Positions 56,968-64,000 of a stretch of DNA of 64,000 bases are shown in pieces. The position numbers and the translations under genes were made by a program. The stretch lies in contig CAXXMV010000008.1 of NCBI GenBank assembly GCA_963662285.2, positions 256,001-320,000 of the forward strand. The letters run 5' to 3'. Position 1 is the stretch's first letter. The number at the start of each line of letters is the position of its first letter. Below the pieces are notes generated by a model. The model saw only the letters and a program-made list of their open reading frames with translations. It ran no database searches and was not told where the DNA came from. Source of the DNA: a bacterium (GTDB lineage Bacteria > Hinthialibacterota > Hinthialibacteria > Hinthialibacterales > Hinthialibacteraceae).

Positions 56968-58146
56968 CTATTTCAATGTAATTCTATTATATATACCTTC
57001 TAATGCTTCGCCAAGCAGAGCAAGTTTATGATGTTTCAAGACATACGCCCGTCCATTCTCTCCCAGTTTTTTTCTTAATTCAAGCGAGGCGTTCAACTGC
57101 TTGACGCAATCGGCGAATTCCTTTGGCGATTCAGCGAAAAGAACCTCAACTCCATCCGTCACATCCAGACCTTCCGCCCCAAGCCGGGTAGTAACAATCG
57201 GCATCCCGGCCGCCATAGCTTCCAGCAGTTTGTTGCGTACTCCAGCGGCGACGCGTAACGGACAGATATAGATATCGTCTTGAAATAGAAACTCCTCCAT
57301 ACGCGGCACATCCTCAAATATCTGGATGCCGTATTTTTGATGCATTCTACTGATCTCTCTGGTTGGCCGGGTTCCAATAATATGGCTTTCCAACTCATGA
57401 TCATCCTGTCTCAACAATGGAAGAATTTCTTCTTTATAAAATATCATGCTGTCAACATTAGCAAAATAAAACAGCGTCCCCGTCAGCACGCAACGGCTGC
57501 GGTGAATCTCTCCATGATTTTTAGGTGTAAAGCGTTCGGCATCAACCGCATTTTCAATAACATCGAAATTGTATGCGGGATGATGCTTTTGAAATTCGCG
57601 GGCGTCAATTGAAGAACATACCAGGGAAGCGTCAACTCTTTTAAGAAGCCATTGCTCAAATTTCGGTATGGTTCTGAGTTCCCAGGCATCGACCAAACGT
57701 CCTGTTATCTTGCGTCGGTAAGCGTGTGAGCGTTCTAGATACAACATCAAAGAATCGGTGAAATCAAGCACTATGGGCGCCGAAATCATCGGAGCGTATT
57801 GCCCCATGCGCATGCGGTCGATATGAACTATGTCGTATTCGTTATGTTCCAGAACTCGCCCCAAAATCATTCTGAAATCTGGAGACTTGCACCACGAAAC
57901 GCGAAATGGTCTGCCGCCTGGAATCCCCAAGGCGCAGTTAATCATTGAGCGGCTGGCCTGATATTCCACCACAATTGTATGCACGCCTAACTCTTGAATA
58001 TGACGAATATCCTCCGGCGTTTGCGGCGGCAATTTCATGGCCAGCAGATGCACTTCATGCCGCCCGGCCAAATAGGTTAGAAAATTATATGGTCGTTTCC
58101 CATCGGACTGAGTTGGTATGCATGGCGTAATAAACAGTATCTTCAT
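56968..58146 (-). CDS. Glycosyltransferase family 4
   Basis: ENAVD, PLRVAAGVRNKLLEAMAAGMPIVTT..GAEGL. Confidence 0.9.
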   Translation of the reverse strand: MKILFITPCIPTQSDGKRPYNFLTYLAGRHEVHLLAMKLPPQTPEDIRHIQELGVHTIVVEYQASRSMINCALGIPGGRPFRVSWCKSPDFRMILGRVLEHNEYDIVHIDRMRMGQYAPMISAPIVLDFTDSLMLYLERSHAYRRKITGRLVDAWELRTIPKFEQWLLKRVDASLVCSSIDAREFQKHHPAYNFDVIENAVDAERFTPKNHGEIHRSRCVLTGTLFYFANVDSMIFYKEEILPLLRQDDHELESHIIGTRPTREISRMHQKYGIQIFEDVPRMEEFLFQDDIYICPLRVAAGVRNKLLEAMAAGMPIVTTRLGAEGLDVTDGVEVLFAESPKEFADCVKQLNASLELRKKLGENGRAYVLKHHKLALLGEALEGIYNRITLK

Positions 58147-58255
58147 AGTAAAATTTTTATCGGGTAATGCTCTAAATTTGAATATCTAATTCATTCTTAT
58201 CGTCAATTATTAACGATTCAAGCGCTCTAAACCACACTCTATAGGATGCAGAATA

Positions 58256-58576
58256 ATGAATATCTCAAAAAAACTCTCAAGATTCAATTTCATTCCCCAG
58301 GAATTTTGGACTAATGTAAATTGGACGACATTGGGGATACTATACACAGCAAATATTCCCGTTTACCTGGCTTTAGGCTGGTTCTTCTTCCGTACCTGGG
58401 ATAATTTTACCGAATGCCTTGGTTATCTAATTAAACCAGACATCTGGTCGTGGATGAATGGCGAAATGGTCGATGATTTCTGGGCAACCATGAAAATCTA
58501 CCTATGGTTGGCGCTATGCCTCGGAGCAGCTCCGGCTGAATATTATGTGATTACTAATTTCATGGTATTTACTTGA
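58256..58576 (+). CDS. Small hypothetical membrane protein
   Basis: 106-aa ORF with two hydrophobic segments, between a divergent and a convergent gene. Confidence 0.6.
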   Translation: MNISKKLSRFNFIPQEFWTNVNWTTLGILYTANIPVYLALGWFFFRTWDNFTECLGYLIKPDIWSWMNGEMVDDFWATMKIYLWLALCLGAAPAEYYVITNFMVFT

Positions 58577-58597
58577 TTATTGATTTAGCGTGGGCGC

Positions 58598-58629
58598 CAA
58601 GGGCAAGACCGCATTGCGGTCAGCCCTTG
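58598..58629. terminator. Hairpin between convergent genes
   Basis: caagggc..gaccgca-t-tgcggtc.gcccttg. Confidence 0.45.
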
Positions 58630-58720
58630 ATCAAGCCATCTATTATAAGATAAGTTTATAACGTTTTTAAAACTCTAATGTCTGATATTCAACGTAGATA
58701 TTATTATGTAATTGAAATAA

Positions 58721-60163
58721 TCACATCTCCCCATCCATAATCTCTTCGATGGTTGGTTTGCGATAGGTTGATTTAAATAGTGTATATCCATTCTGCATGG
58801 CGCGCAAAAATTCTCTCGGTGATTTAATATCCAGAACCTTACGCATCAAGTATGATGGCCGCAGATGAAAATCTCGAATAGCCTTACTGCGCAACTCGAT
58901 TAAGCGCTGACCTGATATTGTACCAATCTCCAATTGGGGAAACGGCGTAGAGTTATCGACTGTATCAACCTCTGGATCAACCCATCCCTTTTCAATCGCT
59001 TCAGCCCGCAGGTCGGTTCCCATACGAGGCGCCGCCACATTGAATGAAACGAAATCTGGTTCAAGTTCCTGCGAGTATTGAATAGTCTGCAAAGCCGTCG
59101 CTTCGGTCTCGCCGGGAAGCCCCAGGATAAAATGGGCCAGGGTGCGGATTTTCAAGCGTTTGCACAATGCAAATATTTCCTTGACCCGTTCTGGATTTAT
59201 TTTTTTCTCAATCGAATCGAGAATGCCCTGATCGGCCGACTCCACTCCGAATTGGATAGTATGGCATCCGGCGCGAGCCATAAGAGTCAGCAATTCTTCA
59301 TCCATGACATCCACGCGGGATAGGGTAATCCAATCGAAATTCAGTTTTTCATCAATCAAACGATTCAGAAATTCTGTGGTATGTCGGCGGTTGACGCCAA
59401 AGGTCAGGTCTTTGATCCATAATTCCCGGATGCCGATTTTCCGGACATAGCGCAGTTCCTGCATGGCGTTATCGATATCGCGCAATTTATGCCGCCACTT
59501 GCCATTAAAACAGAACGAACATTTATAGGGGCAGCCGAAATCAGTCAAGAATGAAGCAAACAATCTTCTCCGGCCATGCGGAATACGGTATTTCGATAGT
59601 GGCAGCAGATCGTAGCGGGGTATTGGAAATGAATAATAACGGTTCACTGAATCCACCCCGCGAACCAGTTCATCGTCTTTGCGGTATATTAAATTAGAAA
59701 CCTCGCCTTCCAATTCAGGCTTGGCTGCTTCACGATTCCAGGATGCAAAAAAAGTCTCTACACAATCTGAAGTAAAATTCAATAACACGCCGGAAAGCCA
59801 GGGATGCGCTTCCATCAATTCCCTGCTCTTGCTGACCAGGACGTCACCAGTTCCGATAACCGGGATATGTTTGGGAATATCCAGACTATCCAGAAATACG
59901 AAATCCTGTTGCCAGCTGACCCCGCCGGTAAGAAAGAATAGGGCATCGGGATCACGCCGCAGGATTTCATATTTGGCCTTTTTGAAACTCATGCCCAGCA
60001 AGTTGGCGTCTAAGAAATCCACCTCGAATTTTCTTGACAGAATGCCGCTCTGCACCACTAGATCATAGGGATGCCAATAGTAATAGCCCTTGGCGGTGTG
60101 GCTGCAATAATAGTCACGCAGATAAGGTTTATCGCCAGGTGGATTGAGCAGCAGGATACGCAT
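58721..60163 (-). CDS. B12-binding radical SAM protein
   Basis: CPYKCSFC, FGVESA, FILGLPGET. Confidence 0.9.
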   Translation of the reverse strand: MRILLLNPPGDKPYLRDYYCSHTAKGYYYWHPYDLVVQSGILSRKFEVDFLDANLLGMSFKKAKYEILRRDPDALFFLTGGVSWQQDFVFLDSLDIPKHIPVIGTGDVLVSKSRELMEAHPWLSGVLLNFTSDCVETFFASWNREAAKPELEGEVSNLIYRKDDELVRGVDSVNRYYSFPIPRYDLLPLSKYRIPHGRRRLFASFLTDFGCPYKCSFCFNGKWRHKLRDIDNAMQELRYVRKIGIRELWIKDLTFGVNRRHTTEFLNRLIDEKLNFDWITLSRVDVMDEELLTLMARAGCHTIQFGVESADQGILDSIEKKINPERVKEIFALCKRLKIRTLAHFILGLPGETEATALQTIQYSQELEPDFVSFNVAAPRMGTDLRAEAIEKGWVDPEVDTVDNSTPFPQLEIGTISGQRLIELRSKAIRDFHLRPSYLMRKVLDIKSPREFLRAMQNGYTLFKSTYRKPTIEEIMDGEM

Positions 60164-60164
60164 G

Positions 60165-61421
60165 TTAATTAACCACCCATTTCAATATCCGGGCGGCATG
60201 TCCCAGACTTTCGGGATTCTTTTTCTGCGTCATTTTAACTTTTAGAACATGCTTTCCCGGTTGCAGATTCTCAGCGAGAACATGACATACAGGTCGGTGA
60301 AATTTGGCGCAATAATTATCGAATAAATCAAGTTCCTTAGATTTTTGATTATCAATGGAATATTCAATAACTCCCGCATCCATCCCGGCTATAGCTGAGA
60401 TTCCAATCAATGTTCCGGTAAACTCAATTTGTAATTCATCGTCGGGGTGCTCAGCTGTTAATACATCAACCGGACCGCTGTAGTTGCAGGTTTTTTCCGC
60501 TTTCCACCCTTCAACATTCCGCCATCCATGCAGGATTTTTGCTTGGCTGGATTCAATGAAACGCCCATGCTCATAATTCAACTTGTCCAATGGCTGCGGT
60601 AATGGATAATTCTTGAGCGAAGCGTTTTGGCTTATTGGTTCAGCCCATACATTCTTCAAAAAGGCATCAATACACACGGCGTATACTTGATGGCCGAATG
60701 GAGTAGGATGACAACTATCTCTGGAGAAATCATCCCAGGTAAACTCTTTTTGATTTATTCGGCGAGTCATCTCCTGAGCTAAATTGATTATGGGAATATT
60801 GTAATGCTGCGCGACTTTTTCATGCTCAATGATCGAAGCAGGAACTTCGCCCTGGTTGATCTGCTTGACATAATCCTGAGTGACGAAATACTGCATCACA
60901 ATATCAATCCGGGGATTCAATCGCCTGGCATGGCGAATAATGCCTTCCATAGCCCGGATGCGCCGGTTGCCTGGATTATTGCTTCCGCCGTCATTAACCG
61001 CAAATTCCAAAAAGAGCAGATCGACCGCCCCGTTCTTGAAGACATCATCTTCAAAACGAAATGCGCCCAGAGTCGAATTAGTGCCGCCGATGCCCGCATT
61101 GATAAAATCAAATTTTGTATCAGGAAAAGTTTTGGTCAGCATATCATAGGTATGATCCCGCCAGCCTTTCATGGTGGTGATAGAGCCTCCTAAATAGACA
61201 ACCCGGCCCTGCTTCTGATTAATAAACTTGATCCGGCAATTATCCAGTCTGCCCCGCGTCTCAAAAAAGTTATCATCAACCGGTTGGGCGATTTGATCCT
61301 TAGACGCTTCAGCGCCGCCGATTGCGCAGCACAATGTCATGAAGAACAGAATAGCGATTGTTTTGAGTGTAATATGTTTAATAGAAAAGATTCTCATGAT
61401 AAAGCATCCTTCAGAATTCAA
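60165..61421 (-). CDS. Secreted SGNH/GDSL hydrolase
   Basis: LGGSIT, NAGIGGT, EFAVND, DSCHP. Confidence 0.88.
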   Translation of the reverse strand: MNSEGCFIMRIFSIKHITLKTIAILFFMTLCCAIGGAEASKDQIAQPVDDNFFETRGRLDNCRIKFINQKQGRVVYLGGSITTMKGWRDHTYDMLTKTFPDTKFDFINAGIGGTNSTLGAFRFEDDVFKNGAVDLLFLEFAVNDGGSNNPGNRRIRAMEGIIRHARRLNPRIDIVMQYFVTQDYVKQINQGEVPASIIEHEKVAQHYNIPIINLAQEMTRRINQKEFTWDDFSRDSCHPTPFGHQVYAVCIDAFLKNVWAEPISQNASLKNYPLPQPLDKLNYEHGRFIESSQAKILHGWRNVEGWKAEKTCNYSGPVDVLTAEHPDDELQIEFTGTLIGISAIAGMDAGVIEYSIDNQKSKELDLFDNYCAKFHRPVCHVLAENLQPGKHVLKVKMTQKKNPESLGHAARILKWVVN

Positions 61422-61422
61422 G

Positions 61423-62859
61423 TTATTTTTTCTTCAATAAATCACGTAACTGGCGCAAACCAAACACAAAATAATTCTTCAACACTTTAGGCGAAGGATT
61501 ATTGATGATGGTTCGCAGAATATAACCGGGGCGAAAATAAAATTCGCGCAATGCTTCTCTACGTAGAGGCTTCAATTCTTCCAATGATAGATACTTGGTT
61601 GGAATAGCTGGTTGGTTATACCCGGCATCGGGCAATACCCCATCTTCGAGCAGACCTTCTTCAACTGCAATGCGGTAAAACTCAGTTCCATAAAATGGAT
61701 AGGTGTAAAAGAACTCGATAAAATCAGGGTCTAAGCGCTTGGCAATGGCTTTGGTTTTTGCAAAAGTCGCCCGGCTTTCCCAGGGTAATCCGATTAATAA
61801 ATATACGCTGCTCTTGATCCCGCTTTGACGACATTTGCAGATAGCGGGTTCAATATTTTCATATTTAACCTGTTTACGCATCAATTCCAGCATTTTGGGA
61901 TCGCCATGCTCAACGCCGAAAGCGATTAACCAACAGCCCGCCTTTTTCATTTCGCAGAGCATCTCTTCGCTCAACGTATCCACCCGGCTGTTACAGGACC
62001 ACTTAATTTTCAAACCTGCATCCTGAATCGCTTTACATAAAGCAATAACCCATTTCTTGTTAGCGGTGAATAAATCTGAGCGGAACAGAAAATCATGAAT
62101 ATCATGCAGTTCAATGCACTCTTTCAACTCGGCCACCACATTCTCAGGAGAGCGGTTGCGCACTGATTTTCCAGCCACTGGTTGGGCCAGACAATAGATG
62201 CATGAATAAGGGCATCCCCGACTGGTGACGATAGTAGTCTGCAACTCACCAGTATCGGGACGACAGTAAATGGCATTATCAATCAAATTGCGTGCGGGAA
62301 AGGCAATCGAATCTATATTCAGGATAAATTCACGGTTGGGGTTCCGCTTTACTCCATCATCACTCTGATAAGTTATACCATCTATTTCATTCCACTTAGC
62401 GCCAGAAGCCAGTTCCTTGACTGTCTCTTCATATTCCCCCCTCATTACCAAATCCAGAGCAGCGTTTTGTTCCAGGGTTTGTTGGTCAAGATGAAGAAAA
62501 TGCGCCCCTTTGCTGATGGTAATGATTTCTGGATCAATGCTCTTGGCTATAACAGCAGCTTTAAGGTCTTGATTAAGGGTTGGCGTTGTTATAGATAAAA
62601 TCAGCGCATCCGGCTTATAATCCTTAACTAAATTCTCAAAATCATCCCAGGTCGCATCATCAGCAGGGCAATCAAAGATTTTACATTGCACGCCTATTGC
62701 TCCAAGGGCGCCGCCGATATATAGCAAATCCATCGGGGGACGCAGAACAACCGTATGCAATTCATCGATAGGCGTTTGACAACGTTCTTCACGGATATAT
62801 TTACCAGTGGGTGGTACCACCAACAAAGCTTTTTTCCACTTTCTCTCTAATTCAGGCAT
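61423..62859 (-). CDS. B12-binding radical SAM protein
   Basis: TSRGCPYSCIYC, GEYEE, FGVEHG, LIGLPWE. Confidence 0.9.
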   Translation of the reverse strand: MPELERKWKKALLVVPPTGKYIREERCQTPIDELHTVVLRPPMDLLYIGGALGAIGVQCKIFDCPADDATWDDFENLVKDYKPDALILSITTPTLNQDLKAAVIAKSIDPEIITISKGAHFLHLDQQTLEQNAALDLVMRGEYEETVKELASGAKWNEIDGITYQSDDGVKRNPNREFILNIDSIAFPARNLIDNAIYCRPDTGELQTTIVTSRGCPYSCIYCLAQPVAGKSVRNRSPENVVAELKECIELHDIHDFLFRSDLFTANKKWVIALCKAIQDAGLKIKWSCNSRVDTLSEEMLCEMKKAGCWLIAFGVEHGDPKMLELMRKQVKYENIEPAICKCRQSGIKSSVYLLIGLPWESRATFAKTKAIAKRLDPDFIEFFYTYPFYGTEFYRIAVEEGLLEDGVLPDAGYNQPAIPTKYLSLEELKPLRREALREFYFRPGYILRTIINNPSPKVLKNYFVFGLRQLRDLLKKK

Positions 62860-62890
62860 TTATCAAATATCTCGAATCTCATTAATTTGT

Positions 62891-64000
62891 TTAGTCTATA
62901 ATCCGATAATCATTGAATTGGTCAGTTGATTCATACCAGGCGTCGCAATTATCGTTATTCAAAATATGCTCTCCCGCCAAAAGCCCCATCTGGATAGATT
63001 GATCCAGGTTATTATGACGGAACAGCCCTTCACGTCCGGTGGATAAACAATTGCGGAAAGAAGCTAAGTAATTTAGCGTGTTACGCAGATGAGTTTCATA
63101 GCCAATTTTATATAAAGGATATCCCTCTTTGATGCGCAGCACCATCGAATCAACCGAAGAGCTTTTCACCAAACCAGAGTCAACCAACACATCATCAGCA
63201 ATTCTCGCCAGTTCTCCAGCCGACTCATGCCACTCTTTCGAATCAACTTCACAGGGAAATTCTACGCACAAAAATGACTTGCCCGCCTGTCTTCGGTGAG
63301 GAGCAAAATTATCCGGCGCATAAATACGCGAAAATGGGATATGCTCCTCAGGGAAATAAAGCCAGGTATCATCAAACCCGACCTCTTCATCATATTGCAG
63401 GTAAAGCAAAGTCAACGCCCGGAATTTCAGTGCTGAAACCTGGTCAATCACATCCACTGAGGGCTGAGGATTCATCATGGCGGTTAAATCCTGTAATGGC
63501 ATCGTATTGACCAACATGTCGCATGGCAATTTTACAATACCTCGCGGTCCATCAGCGCTTATTTCAACTACCTCATCATTTTCTATTTTAACTTGGACGG
63601 CATTATGCCGAACCAGGATATCTCCGCCCATTTTCATCACTTCCTGAGCAAACTGCTGAGGGATATCTCCAATGCCTCCAGGAGGATAGAGAAACTGAGA
63701 CACATAAGTTTCACCGCTGGAAAACAGATTATCCTTCAGTGCATGCCATATACTCTCTCCCCGCAACCTGACCCGCGCCGTCTCTGCGGTAATCTGCTCA
63801 GCGGGTATTCCCCAAACCTTCTCGGCGAAAGGCTTGAATAATATCTGGTACAAGCGCTCGCCATAATACCCTTTCACATAATCTTCGTATGACCGGGGAT
63901 TTGACGACCGATTAAATAACACAGACAGCGCCGATAAGGCGAAACTGATGGTCCTACTCAATCCCAAGGCGCGGAATGTCGGTAACATACTGATAGGATA
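62891..64000 (-). CDS. FAD-dependent oxidoreductase (HemY / UDP-galactopyranose mutase-like), partial
   Basis: EKVWG, FLYPPGG.G, WLYFPE, YPLY..GY, GREGLFRHNNLDQS; the frame stays open to the window edge. Confidence 0.82.
   Translation of the reverse strand, partial: YPISMLPTFRALGLSRTISFALSALSVLFNRSSNPRSYEDYVKGYYGERLYQILFKPFAEKVWGIPAEQITAETARVRLRGESIWHALKDNLFSSGETYVSQFLYPPGGIGDIPQQFAQEVMKMGGDILVRHNAVQVKIENDEVVEISADGPRGIVKLPCDMLVNTMPLQDLTAMMNPQPSVDVIDQVSALKFRALTLLYLQYDEEVGFDDTWLYFPEEHIPFSRIYAPDNFAPHRRQAGKSFLCVEFPCEVDSKEWHESAGELARIADDVLVDSGLVKSSSVDSMVLRIKEGYPLYKIGYETHLRNTLNYLASFRNCLSTGREGLFRHNNLDQSIQMGLLAGEHILNNDNCDAWYESTDQFNDYRIID

Overview
Bacterial chromosomal window with about 50 genes and no rRNA, tRNA or CRISPR array detected. 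The pilin family, FGE/CotH/DUF1080 secreted proteins and C-terminal W-tails resemble Ca. Hinthialibacter/OLB16- or Sumerlaeota-like bacteria, but this is inference from protein style only. Positions 1-6.5 kb are a defence/accessory island: the end of a Type III mod gene, Type III res, an orphan pilin, an ICMT-like gene and a Type II R-M pair, separated by fragments of a GTAG-type REP/REPIN. After hflX and a sigma54 response regulator comes a 2.3-kb IS with inverted repeats, an AATTT target duplication and a -1 frameshift site; it splits a tandem FGE-sulfatase-domain gene from its signal peptide. hicBA and an AlbA_2/Schlafen gene follow. The middle holds sugar-nucleotide and secreted-enzyme genes, mutS2, an AT-rich three-gene operon (P-loop ATPase, partner, DUF2290-like) that is the best candidate for an undescribed defence system, tmk, moxR, gldA, GH36, sbcD and a recD2-like helicase. 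The right end holds three hsp20 genes behind a sigma54 promoter, a CotH protein and a GT4/B12-radical-SAM locus. Three unrelated secreted proteins share a short C-terminal [ST]-x-[AV]-x-[DN]-W-x-x-[YQ] tail, a candidate sorting signal. Family names come from motif recognition only; no searches were run.
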